A stretch of 64,000 nt of DNA from sequence record DRR378314_251; one strand, given 5' to 3'. Shown here in pieces: positions 41,993-51,622 of the stretch (within the stretch, counting starts at the first letter, position 1; the number at the start of each line of letters is the position of its first letter). Under the pieces are notes generated by a model. The model saw only the letters and a list, made by a program, of their open reading frames with translations. It searched no databases and had not been told where the DNA came from. The translations under genes and the position numbers were made by a program.

Positions 41993-43072
41993 ATGAAACT
42001 CTCGAAACTTCGACTCATTCACAAATGGCTAAGTCTGGTCTGTCTGACCGTATGGATTTTGCAGGCAACATCCGGCCTGATGATTGCGTTTCGAGCCGAC
42101 ATTGACGATTTCCTGTTGCGACAAAAAGCGACAAAAACCGACAGCGCTGCAATCGCGGCGACAATTGACGACATGCTCGCAAATGGGGACGACATTTCTT
42201 CAGTCTGGTTTTCAGGCGGACGTGATGGCCAGTATGATGCGTATCTTGAGCGCGATGGAGAGAGCCGCACGGTTCGGATAGATGGCGTCGGCAACAGGGT
42301 TCGTGACCGCTCGGATTCCAACTTGTTCTCTGACGGCGCCGTTTTCGAAACGGCTACCCAATTCCACAAAACGCTCCTGCTTGGATCGGTGGGCTATACC
42401 TTCCTTACCGTTTCCGGCCTGCTGTTGGTGTCAAACATCGCGATGGGCCTCACCATCGGATGGTCAAGGCGAAAGCGCCTCACAGCGTTTGCCCAAGCGC
42501 CAAATGCACCAAAACCAGCCAGTCTCTCTGGATGGCATTGGCGGGTCGGGTTTTGGGGCGCGTTACCAGCTTCTGTCGTCATTCTGTCGGGAACTGCGCT
42601 CGCACAGGCAGATGTGATCGCGAACTGGCTGGGCGTGACACAAAACGCACCGGCGATCACCGACCCCGTCCGAACACCTCATGTCCCTCTCGAACACGTG
42701 CTTGATACGGCCCTGGACCAATATCCCGGCTCTACGTTGACTGCCATTTCCCTCCCCTCCGAAAATCGGCCGTGGTATCGGATACGCGTCAATGCGCCCG
42801 GAGAGATGCCCCGGCTTTACGGTGCAACGCGCGTTTTCGTAGGCTTGGATGGCAAAGTTCTGCTCGAGCACGATGCGGCCAACAGCGCCGCCAATGAACG
42901 GATTACTGAAGCTTTATATCCGCTTCATACAGGTCAGATCGGAGGATTGCCGGGCAGGCTCCTCAATTTCGCGACCGGCATCTGGCTGCTTGTGATGATC
43001 ACTCTCGGAATTCAGCTTTGGCTGGCGCGACGTCGACAGCGTCAATCGAAGTCCGTGCAGGGAGACACCTAA
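41993..43072 (+). CDS. PepSY-associated TM helix protein (FoxB/PiuB-like)
   Basis: HKWLSL, ATSG, FHKTLL, WHWRVG, LYPLHTG: four His-led TM segments. Confidence 0.85.
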   Translation: MKLSKLRLIHKWLSLVCLTVWILQATSGLMIAFRADIDDFLLRQKATKTDSAAIAATIDDMLANGDDISSVWFSGGRDGQYDAYLERDGESRTVRIDGVGNRVRDRSDSNLFSDGAVFETATQFHKTLLLGSVGYTFLTVSGLLLVSNIAMGLTIGWSRRKRLTAFAQAPNAPKPASLSGWHWRVGFWGALPASVVILSGTALAQADVIANWLGVTQNAPAITDPVRTPHVPLEHVLDTALDQYPGSTLTAISLPSENRPWYRIRVNAPGEMPRLYGATRVFVGLDGKVLLEHDAANSAANERITEALYPLHTGQIGGLPGRLLNFATGIWLLVMITLGIQLWLARRRQRQSKSVQGDT

Positions 43073-43195
43073 ATGATCAGCTCTGAATTCGGGCGCGATG
43101 CATCAGCAGCCCAACTGGACTCACCAGAAAACTTGACTTCATCCCAGCGACCGCCGTCAATTGCGAATGAGAAGCGTAACAACAAGGAAGCATTC

Positions 43196-44182
43196 ATGGC
43201 CGACCGCAAGGGCGACCTACCCGCTCCAGGGCAACAGCCACCTCAGCGCAAAGCTCTACCGCCATTCGAGGGCTTGAGGGCATTTGATGCCATCGCGCGT
43301 CTGGGAGGTGTACGCAAAGCCGCCAAATGGCTCGACCGGGACCATGCGGTCCTCAGCCGGCATTTGAGAACCCTCGAGGAATGGGTCGGAATCACTCTCG
43401 TCGAACGCGCCCCTACCGGTCTGATCCTGACCGAAGCGGGGAAGGATTATCACAAATCCATCGCCGCCGCGCTGGATATGGTCGCGCATGCGACGCTGGA
43501 TGTATTGAACCAGGGCATTCATCACCAACTGCTTATCTGGAGTACACCCGGATTCGCACAGCAATGGTTGTCGCGTCGCCTCGCGTCGCTGGAGCGCGCA
43601 AATCAGGGGGTTGAGATCGAACTCAAGCCATCTGTTAGCGCTCCGGATTTTCTGTCTCATGAGGCAACTGCGGACATCCGCTACTGGGCATCTTATGAAG
43701 ATCTTGGTGAGCTTCCCCCCCATCTGAGAAGCCAGGTAGTTGCACAATCTCCGATCATTCCTGTGGCGAGTCCGGAATATCTGGAGAAATCTCCCCCCAT
43801 TGAAACGCCTGAAGACCTGCTCGAGCATCAGCTCTTGCACGAGAACACGACGGAAACCTGGAAGATATGGCTGGAATCTCTTGGGGTCGATTGCGGCAGC
43901 GGGCTCAAAGGCCCGCGCCTGTGGCAGGGCAATCTGACAGCAGATGCGTCTCGGCATGGCCGCGGAATTGCCCTTACGAACCCACTGCTTTCCGAAAAGC
44001 ATCTCGCGAGAGGTGATCTGGTCTGGATCGGAAAGGACAATCCTGCCTTCCCGCCCAGACGCGGAGATTACGTGCTTATCGCGCGGCACGATCGGTGGAA
44101 CGAGCCGAGCCTGCGAAAGTTCAGACAGTGGCTGGCCAATACGATCGCCAAGGACACACCGGAATTCAAACCAGTGCTCTAG
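43196..44182 (+). CDS. LysR family regulator (GcvA/AmpR-like)
   Basis: LPPFEGLRAFDAIARLG..AA..L..AVLSRHLRTLEEW.G..L HTH; substrate-binding domain; start ATG 43196. Confidence 0.92.
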   Translation: MADRKGDLPAPGQQPPQRKALPPFEGLRAFDAIARLGGVRKAAKWLDRDHAVLSRHLRTLEEWVGITLVERAPTGLILTEAGKDYHKSIAAALDMVAHATLDVLNQGIHHQLLIWSTPGFAQQWLSRRLASLERANQGVEIELKPSVSAPDFLSHEATADIRYWASYEDLGELPPHLRSQVVAQSPIIPVASPEYLEKSPPIETPEDLLEHQLLHENTTETWKIWLESLGVDCGSGLKGPRLWQGNLTADASRHGRGIALTNPLLSEKHLARGDLVWIGKDNPAFPPRRGDYVLIARHDRWNEPSLRKFRQWLANTIAKDTPEFKPVL

Positions 44183-45330
44183 CCCAGTGCATCCGCAGCC
44201 GCGTTGAAGAAATCATTGTCCAGAATCGCTTCAGCGAACTTCGGCTTTGACCGGCAGCTGAGGACCGTCAGAACAATGTTCCGGGTTGGGTTGATGTAGA
44301 TGTACTGCCCGAATATGCCGCGGGCGCTATACGCGCCTTCCGAAAAATCTCCATCTCGGCTTGGCACTGGCCACCACATGTAGCCATAGTTCAGCGGCGC
44401 ATCGCCCGCCATGCGCGGCTCGGTCGCTTCGACGAACCAATTGTCAGGCACGACAGACTCGCCATCGATGACGCCCTTGTTCAATGCGAACAGGCCGAGG
44501 CGCGCATAGTCGTGCAATGTCGCGCAGATTCCACTTCCGGCCACTTCCAGGCCATCAGGCGCTTCAAGCCACCATGCGGCATCTGAATCCATACCAAGTC
44601 GCGACCACATTTTTTCCGAACAATAATCTGCCAGCCACTTCCCTGTCGCTGCTTTGACCAACGCACCGACAACATGGGTTTCACCCGTGCTGTAGTTCCA
44701 GACCTGTCCTGGCTCAGCGATACGTGGCAACGACGCCATGAGATCCATAATTGCACCTGGTTGCTGGGCCACCTGCAAGTCCAACATGACGCGGCGCTCA
44801 GAACCGGGCGTCGTATGGGTATCATCCCATTTCACGCCAGACGTCATTTGAAGCAGGTGCCGGATGGAAACGCCATCATAGCCACTCCCAGACAGTTCCG
44901 GCATGTATTTTACAAGCTGGTCGTCCACACTGTCGATGTAGCCATCCTTGATGGCAGTACCGACCAATGTCGTTGAAACGGACTTGGCCATCGACATCGA
45001 CATCCAGCGCGTGTCGGCGTCAAATCCGCTCTCATGATATTCATGAACGATTTGGCCATCCTTGAGTGCAAGCAAGCCAACGAGGCGATTCCGGGACACA
45101 TAATCAAACAGATCGTAGGTGTCGCCATTTGTCGGGATAGCCAGATCCGTCAGGGTGTTCGCCGTCCGTGGCAGTTCACTTGGCGTACCGCCTGATTTTA
45201 TGATCCGCGTTGGAAAAATTTCGTGTGTTCGGGCAAACGTCCTCATCTGGACATCCGGCATCAACTGGCCAGCATATGCCGAAACGATGTCACCCAACTC
45301 AGGTGATTGTTGATCATAGGATTGCGTCAC
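44179..45330 (-). CDS. NylB-like serine hydrolase (class C beta-lactamase fold), no signal peptide
   Basis: SMAK (SxxK), LLQMTSG, NYST, RGIFGQ; probable GTG start at 45330 after AGGGAG. Confidence 0.85.
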   Translation of the reverse strand: MTQSYDQQSPELGDIVSAYAGQLMPDVQMRTFARTHEIFPTRIIKSGGTPSELPRTANTLTDLAIPTNGDTYDLFDYVSRNRLVGLLALKDGQIVHEYHESGFDADTRWMSMSMAKSVSTTLVGTAIKDGYIDSVDDQLVKYMPELSGSGYDGVSIRHLLQMTSGVKWDDTHTTPGSERRVMLDLQVAQQPGAIMDLMASLPRIAEPGQVWNYSTGETHVVGALVKAATGKWLADYCSEKMWSRLGMDSDAAWWLEAPDGLEVAGSGICATLHDYARLGLFALNKGVIDGESVVPDNWFVEATEPRMAGDAPLNYGYMWWPVPSRDGDFSEGAYSARGIFGQYIYINPTRNIVLTVLSCRSKPKFAEAILDNDFFNAAADALG

Positions 45331-45436
45331 AAAATTTCTCCCTGCTGGCATACCGAGTGCAATTGCCACGCGGTCAGTCTGCAAAAAACCTTACAGGTCC
45401 TCTGCGCGAGGCTCAGTTGCCAAGGAGTTGCGCTCC

Positions 45437-45453
45437 GGTGCCCTGCCCGCACC
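45437..45453. promoter_or_regulatory. LysR-type operator 5 (GGTGC-N7-GCACC)
   Basis: Perfect dyad in divergent region, 82 nt upstream of the PaiB gene. Confidence 0.8.
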
Positions 45454-45535
45454 AGTGGAGAGGCATTTCGCGCCTCACATCGTGCGTTCATGACAGGAAA
45501 GGTGGTAGGACAAATCAATAAGGAGCGCGATCAGA

Positions 45536-46180
45536 ATGCCGAATGAATCTTCTTCGTGGAACATGTATATTCCCAAAGCCTATCGGTCAGACGACCCTGT
45601 TTCGATCATCGACAGATTCCCATTCGGCCAATTGGTCACCAGTCATGAGGGATTTCCTTACGCGACAGCGGTGCCGATGTATCTTGATGTGCAGCCTGAT
45701 GGCGCCACGCAACTCGTCGGGCATCTCGCGAGACATAACCCCCACGCAGGAACGTTGGCCAAGGGGCAACCGGCGCTCGCCATCTTCACCGGACCGAACG
45801 CCTATATCTCTGCCAGCTGGTATGAGGAACGCCCGACCGTACCGACGTGGAACTACATAGCTGCGCAGGTTCGCGGCGTGTTGACCCCTGTTGATGATGA
45901 CGACGAACAACTCAGCATCATGCGAACAACCATTCGCCGCAGCGAGACAGACTCCAGCTCCAACTGGATGATGGAGCACGCTCCAGACGGCAAGGTCGAA
46001 ACCCTCCTGCCCCATATCAGATCATTCCGTATTGCGATCAGCCAGATGGATGCCGTGACCAAATTAAGCCAGACGCATCCCGTGGGCGATCAGACGCGCG
46101 TTGCAGACGCATTGGAAGCACGTGGGAAAGTCGCGGATCTGGAGATCGCGAGATACATGCGTGATCTTCTAGCGAACTAA
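45536..46180 (+). CDS. PaiB family (split-barrel heme/FMN-binding) protein
   Basis: MYIP, GHLARHNPH, YISASWY, VPTWNY, KLSQ. Confidence 0.9.
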   Translation: MPNESSSWNMYIPKAYRSDDPVSIIDRFPFGQLVTSHEGFPYATAVPMYLDVQPDGATQLVGHLARHNPHAGTLAKGQPALAIFTGPNAYISASWYEERPTVPTWNYIAAQVRGVLTPVDDDDEQLSIMRTTIRRSETDSSSNWMMEHAPDGKVETLLPHIRSFRIAISQMDAVTKLSQTHPVGDQTRVADALEARGKVADLEIARYMRDLLAN

Positions 46181-46205
46181 CCAGATGGTGATGTTTCCAC
46201 CCCTC

Positions 46206-46222
46206 GGTGCTGAAACCGCACC
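46206..46222. promoter_or_regulatory. LysR-type operator 6 (GGTGC-N7-GCACC)
   Basis: Perfect dyad 78 nt upstream of the aminotransferase; TCATC at +21. Confidence 0.8.
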
Positions 46223-46300
46223 GGGCCCATCGGTTTAGTCATCTTCTCCCAAATCGGGTGGCGATCCAACATGTGATCAAAGACATGAAAGGGACGCGCA

Positions 46301-47674
46301 ATGGCGATCGTACAACGAAACACGGCACAGTGGCAGGCACTCGATGCCTCGCATCACATCCATCCATTTTGTGATCCGAAATCACTGGCCGAACGCGGTG
46401 TGCGTGTCATTACCAGCGCTGACGGCTGCTATGTGACAGACAGTGACAACAATCGCATCCTGGATGGCATGGCCGGTCTATGGTGCGTGAATGTCGGCTA
46501 CGGTCGTCAGGAACTTGTCGATGTTGCCACCCAGCAAATGGAACGACTGCCGTTCTACAACTCCTTCTTTCAGAGCTCCACGCCGAGCCAGATCGAACTG
46601 GCCCAAAAGCTGTCTGAAGTTGCGCCTGGCAATCTGAACCATTTCTTCTTTGCGAATTCCGGGTCTGAAGCAAACGACACAGTAATCCGCATGGCTCGCC
46701 ACTACTGGCACGTTCGCGGAAAGCCGAAGAAATACGCCTTCATCGGTCGAAATCTTGGCTATCATGGCAGCACACTGGCGGCGACGAGCCTCGGCGGCAT
46801 GAAGCACATGCATGACATGGGCTCATCCACGCTTCCCGGCTTTGAGCATATCATGGAGCCCCACTGGTATGCTCACGGAGGGAATATGACCCCGGAGGAG
46901 TTCGGACTGCGCGCAGCACAAGCGCTTGAAGACAAGATCCTTGAGGTCGGTGCGGACAACATCGCCGCCTTCATCGGAGAACCTATCCAGGGTGCGGGCG
47001 GCGTCATCGATCCACCATCGACCTACTGGCCCGAGATTCAGCGCATCTGCCGCAAGCATGACATCCTGCTTGTATGTGACGAAGTCATCTGTGGCTTTGG
47101 GCGTCTGGGCGAATGGTTCGGATGTCAGTATTATGGTGTACAGCCTGACATCATGCCGATGGCGAAGGGCATGTCCTCAGGATACCTCCCTATTTCGGCT
47201 GTGGCCTTCAGCGATGAGATTTTTGAAACCCTCAATGAAGGCGGCCCGATCTCGCACGGCTATACTTATTCCGGGCATCCGGTCTCCTGCGCAGTTGCGC
47301 ATGCGAACATCAACATCATTGAGCGTGAAGGCCTCGTTGAGCGTGTCAAGGAAGACGTTGGCCCTTACTTGCACGAGCGCCTGCAGGAACTTGCTGCAAA
47401 ACACAAGATTATTGGCGAAGTCCGCGGCACAGGCTTGATTGCAGGCCTGCAACTCGTGAAGTCTCAGGAAGCCCGCGAACCGTTTACGGCCGAAGACAAC
47501 GCCGCCAACATTTGCCGCGATGCTTGCCTCGACAAGGGTCTGATCATGCGCGCGGTTGGTCAGTCGATGGTGATCTGTCCACCTCTCACGATCTCTCGCG
47601 AACAGATTGATGATATGATCCGTATGGCATCAGAAGGCTTGGCCGAAACATCTGCTCAGTTCGGAATTTCCTGA
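46301..47674 (+). CDS. Class III omega-amino acid/polyamine:pyruvate aminotransferase (SpuC-like)
   Basis: WQALDASHHIHPF, DGMAGLWCVNVGYGR, SGSEAND, DEVICGFGR, MAKG, HGYTYSGHP. Confidence 0.9.
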   Translation: MAIVQRNTAQWQALDASHHIHPFCDPKSLAERGVRVITSADGCYVTDSDNNRILDGMAGLWCVNVGYGRQELVDVATQQMERLPFYNSFFQSSTPSQIELAQKLSEVAPGNLNHFFFANSGSEANDTVIRMARHYWHVRGKPKKYAFIGRNLGYHGSTLAATSLGGMKHMHDMGSSTLPGFEHIMEPHWYAHGGNMTPEEFGLRAAQALEDKILEVGADNIAAFIGEPIQGAGGVIDPPSTYWPEIQRICRKHDILLVCDEVICGFGRLGEWFGCQYYGVQPDIMPMAKGMSSGYLPISAVAFSDEIFETLNEGGPISHGYTYSGHPVSCAVAHANINIIEREGLVERVKEDVGPYLHERLQELAAKHKIIGEVRGTGLIAGLQLVKSQEAREPFTAEDNAANICRDACLDKGLIMRAVGQSMVICPPLTISREQIDDMIRMASEGLAETSAQFGIS

Positions 47675-47675
47675 C

Positions 47676-49148
47676 ATGTCGGTCGATCTCGCACCTCCCT
47701 TGCCACAGACTGTTTCCTCCAACGCTCTGCTGAAACGGATTCTGCTTGAAACGCGGCTTGAACCAGCCGAGAACACATTCGATGTGCTCAACCCGGCCGA
47801 CGGTTCTATTGTCGCCCAGCTGCCGGATCTTGGTGCAGCAGAGACCGAACTGGCCGTTGAATACGCGCGGCAGGCTCAACCAGATTGGGCGTCCCGAACG
47901 GCGAAAGAACGCGGAGAAATTCTTCGCCGGTGGCATGACCTGATCCTGTCTAACGAACAAGAGTTAGGGGAAATCCTAACTCTCGAACAGGGGAAACCGC
48001 TTGCTGAGGCGCGCCGTGAGATCACCTTCAATGCGGGCTATATCGACTGGTTTGCCGAAGAAGCCAAACGCGCCTATGGCGATGTCATTCCGACCAGCGC
48101 CTCTAATCGCAGGCAAGTCGTCCTTAAACAGCCGATTGGTATCGTCGGCGCGATCACACCCTGGAACTTCCCCAGTGGAATGATTACGCGCAAGGCCGCA
48201 CCGGCTCTGGCAGCAGGCTGCGTAATAATCCTGAAGCCCTCCGATGAAACGCCTCTGTCCGCTCTTGCGCTCGAGTGCCTCGCGCGAGACGCGGGCTTCC
48301 CGGAAGGGGTCTTTCAAGTGATCCCGTCAAAAGACCCAGCACCGGTTGCAAACGTGCTGACGAGTCACCCACTTGTTCGGAAAGTCTCTTTCACGGGATC
48401 AACGCGTGTGGGCAAGTTGCTGATGCGGCAGAGCGCCGACACCATGAAACGCCTGTCTCTGGAGCTTGGAGGTAACGCGCCCTTCATTGTTTTTGAAGAC
48501 GCCGATATTGATGCCGCTGTCGCCGGCGCCATGGTTGCCAAGTTTCGCAACGCCGGGCAAACTTGCATTTGCGCAAACCGAATTCTTCTGCATACGGCAA
48601 TTCAGGACGAGTTCCTGTCCAAATTCCTCTCGGCTGCCGATGCCATGAATGTGACCGATGGATTCGATTCTTCTTGCGCAATGGGCCCGATGATCAACTC
48701 GGCTGCCAAGAACAAGGTGGCGGCCTTGGTGGACGACGCGCTAGCGAAAGGCGCGAAGCGCGCGACGCGCCGGCTGCCGGATAGTGACGGTACTTTTTTT
48801 CCGCCTACCATCCTGACTGGCGTGTCCGGTGATATGGATATCGCCCACACAGAGATATTCGGTCCGGTCGCACCTGTATTCACTTTTGATACGGATGCAG
48901 AAGCCATCGCCCTGGCAAACGACACGCCCTACGGTCTGGCTTCCTATTTCTGGACTCGGGACTATTCACGCGCCTGGCGCGTCTCAGAGCAATTGGAAGC
49001 CGGGATGATTGGCCTCAACGATGTGGCAATTTCCGGCGACTCCACACCGTTCGGCGGCATCAAGGAGTCAGGTGTCGGCCGAGAGGGCTCCCACTACGGT
49101 CTCGACGACTATCTGGAAATCAAATATGTCGCGATGGGGGGGATCTGA
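47676..49148 (+). CDS. NAD(P)-dependent succinate/glutarate-semialdehyde dehydrogenase (GabD/DavD-like)
   Basis: ITPWNFP, FTGST, LELGGNAP, FRNAGQTCIC, EIFGP, PFGGIKESG. Confidence 0.9.
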   Translation: MSVDLAPPLPQTVSSNALLKRILLETRLEPAENTFDVLNPADGSIVAQLPDLGAAETELAVEYARQAQPDWASRTAKERGEILRRWHDLILSNEQELGEILTLEQGKPLAEARREITFNAGYIDWFAEEAKRAYGDVIPTSASNRRQVVLKQPIGIVGAITPWNFPSGMITRKAAPALAAGCVIILKPSDETPLSALALECLARDAGFPEGVFQVIPSKDPAPVANVLTSHPLVRKVSFTGSTRVGKLLMRQSADTMKRLSLELGGNAPFIVFEDADIDAAVAGAMVAKFRNAGQTCICANRILLHTAIQDEFLSKFLSAADAMNVTDGFDSSCAMGPMINSAAKNKVAALVDDALAKGAKRATRRLPDSDGTFFPPTILTGVSGDMDIAHTEIFGPVAPVFTFDTDAEAIALANDTPYGLASYFWTRDYSRAWRVSEQLEAGMIGLNDVAISGDSTPFGGIKESGVGREGSHYGLDDYLEIKYVAMGGI

Positions 49149-50461
49149 TGATCCGGCCTCCCGTGTCTTTCTCCGCGCAAAATCTGAGATGGGCGTCTAT
49201 CACTCTGACTACGCTCATTCTCGCGGGATACTTGCCGGCATCCAGCGAAACACTGGGTGACGACGACACAGCCGCGATCATTGCTGAACTCCAGGAGATA
49301 ATTCGGGAACAAGATGCACGACTGGCCAGGCTGGAAGCCCAAATCGCTCAATCGCGGCCACACGATGTATCGCCAGTCATCCAGCCAATGGCTAATCCCG
49401 CTACCGCCCCAAATAATCTCCTGCTCAAGCCTGCTCAGCAAGGCACCTCCAAACTAAGCATCAATGGAGACCTTCGGCTCCGTTACGAGTACAACACGTC
49501 CGATGGCGACGCCCGCACGGACTCTCGCGGTGTGGCGCGAGGGCGTGTAGCAGCAATCTATACAGCGAACCCAACACTCGAATTCGGCGCCAGGCTCGTC
49601 ACCGGCGATCCGGATGATCCAAACTCCGCAGACGTATCTCTTTCTAATTTCAACGATGATTTGCAGGTCAGCCTGGACCAGATCTACGCCCGGAAAGTCT
49701 ATGGCGCTCTTACGCTTACTGGCGGCAAGTTCTCGAACCCCTTTCGCCGCACTGACCTTGTCTGGGACGGCGATGTGAACCCACAAGGGGTCGCCGGCCA
49801 ATATGATTTCGTTGATACCGAGACCAGCACCATCACAGGCCGCGCCCTATTCTTTCCGATTGAAAGATCCGTGGCGGCTGCTGACAGTACGGCATCAGGC
49901 CTCCAATTGACCCTTGACCAACAGTTTGGTGCGGGCTGGAGCATGGGCCTGGCGACTGGCTACTATGATTACGAGATCGAGGCCACTGATACGGCGAACA
50001 CAGGCGACACGCGCACCAACAGGCTCGACGGCGCTGGAGCCTATATCTCTGACTTTGACCTGTTCAATCTGATCGCCTCGATTACATATGACGGCCTTGG
50101 AGATCGTTGGCCTCTTCAACTCCAGGCCGATTATGTTCAGAATATCGGAGCTGACGACTTCAACACGGGCTATAATGTATCAGCGGCGCTTGGCCAATCT
50201 GCTGAAACCGGTGACTACCGCTTCAGTTATGGATATCATCAGGCGGAGGCCGATGCAGTCTTCGCGGCGTTTGCTCAAGACAACATATCATATGGCAGCA
50301 ACTATCTTCAGCACGCGGTGACCGCCTCTTACGTTCTGAACGATCACCTTACCCTGGATGCAGCGTTTTATGCATTCCGCGTCAAAGACATAGAACTGCT
50401 CCCACTGTCGACAGAAGATTGGCAGCAACGCCTGCGCCTGAATCTGATCGCCCGCTTCTAA
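49148..50461 (+). CDS. Putative outer-membrane porin
   Basis: Signal peptide, coiled coil, GDLRLRYE, GKFSNPF..LVWDGDVNPQG, terminal Phe. Confidence 0.75.
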   Translation: MIRPPVSFSAQNLRWASITLTTLILAGYLPASSETLGDDDTAAIIAELQEIIREQDARLARLEAQIAQSRPHDVSPVIQPMANPATAPNNLLLKPAQQGTSKLSINGDLRLRYEYNTSDGDARTDSRGVARGRVAAIYTANPTLEFGARLVTGDPDDPNSADVSLSNFNDDLQVSLDQIYARKVYGALTLTGGKFSNPFRRTDLVWDGDVNPQGVAGQYDFVDTETSTITGRALFFPIERSVAAADSTASGLQLTLDQQFGAGWSMGLATGYYDYEIEATDTANTGDTRTNRLDGAGAYISDFDLFNLIASITYDGLGDRWPLQLQADYVQNIGADDFNTGYNVSAALGQSAETGDYRFSYGYHQAEADAVFAAFAQDNISYGSNYLQHAVTASYVLNDHLTLDAAFYAFRVKDIELLPLSTEDWQQRLRLNLIARF

Positions 50462-50505
50462 CCTGCTTTTTTATCAACCGGCTGTTACTTCAAAGGATAG
50501 TTGAA

Positions 50506-51597
50506 TTGCGTATTGGTACCCCGAAAGAACTCAAGAACCGCGAATACCGTGTGGGGCTAACCCCGCAAGGCGCTCAGGAACTCATCCGTTCAGGACACTC
50601 AGTCTTTGTTGAAACTGGCGCTGGTGCGACGGTCGGATTTTCCGATGAGATATACGAATCCGTCGGCTGCACAATTTCTGCGTCTGCTGACGAATTGTTC
50701 GAAGACTCTGACATGATCATCAAGGTCAAGGAGCCACAGCCGGTCGAGATCGCCCGTCTGGAGCCTCGCCACACGCTGTTCACCTATCTTCACCTCGCTC
50801 CGGACCCGGAACAAACGCTGGGCCTTCTGAAGTCTGGTGCAACTTGTATCGCATATGAGACCGTGACTGACCGGTTTGGTCGTTTGCCTCTCCTTACTCC
50901 AATGAGCGAAGTGGCCGGTAGATTGTCCATCCAAGCCGGCGCCAAGTATCTCGAAATCTCGAATGGCGGCTCCGGGACTCTTCTTGGGGGCGTCACTGGT
51001 GTTGCACCCGGCAATGTTCTTGTCATTGGTGGTGGAGTCGCCGGGCGGAACGCGGCTGAAATGGCCGTCGGCCTCGGAGCGAATGTCACAATTCTGGATC
51101 GCTCGCTCGATCGGCTCCGCGAACTCGACATCATCTTTGGTGGCCGCGCCCGCTGCCTCTATTCAACCTCTGCGGCGATTGAGACAGCTCTGCAGACTGC
51201 AGACCTCGTGGTCGGCGCGGTGCTGCTTCCAGGCTCCGAAGCCCCGAAAGTGGTTTCAGCAGAACAAATTGCCATGATGAAACCCGGTTCGGTTGTTGTC
51301 GACATCGCCATCGACCAAGGCGGCTGTTTCGAAACCAGTCGTCCCACAACCCATGATGATCCGGTTTATGAAATTGGTGGTGTCATTCACTACTGTGTGA
51401 CGAATATGCCAGCCGCGGTCGCGCGCACATCAACCATCGCCCTGTCCAATGCCACACTGCCGTTTGCCATGGCACTTGCCAACAAAGGTACAGCGGAAGC
51501 AATTGCATCTGACCCTCACCTTGCGGGCGGTGTAAATGTGGCAGACGGAAAAATTGTTCATCCCGAAATCGTCGCAGCGATGACCGGGAAAATCTGA
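50506..51597 (+). CDS. ald: Alanine dehydrogenase
   Basis: RIGTPKELKNREYRV, KVKEP, FTYLHLA, PMSEVAG, DIAIDQGG, YCVTNMP; TTG start at 50506 after AAGGA. Confidence 0.94.
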   Translation: MRIGTPKELKNREYRVGLTPQGAQELIRSGHSVFVETGAGATVGFSDEIYESVGCTISASADELFEDSDMIIKVKEPQPVEIARLEPRHTLFTYLHLAPDPEQTLGLLKSGATCIAYETVTDRFGRLPLLTPMSEVAGRLSIQAGAKYLEISNGGSGTLLGGVTGVAPGNVLVIGGGVAGRNAAEMAVGLGANVTILDRSLDRLRELDIIFGGRARCLYSTSAAIETALQTADLVVGAVLLPGSEAPKVVSAEQIAMMKPGSVVVDIAIDQGGCFETSRPTTHDDPVYEIGGVIHYCVTNMPAAVARTSTIALSNATLPFAMALANKGTAEAIASDPHLAGGVNVADGKIVHPEIVAAMTGKI

Positions 51598-51622
51598 AAC
51601 ACTATATGAGGGAACACAGGAC

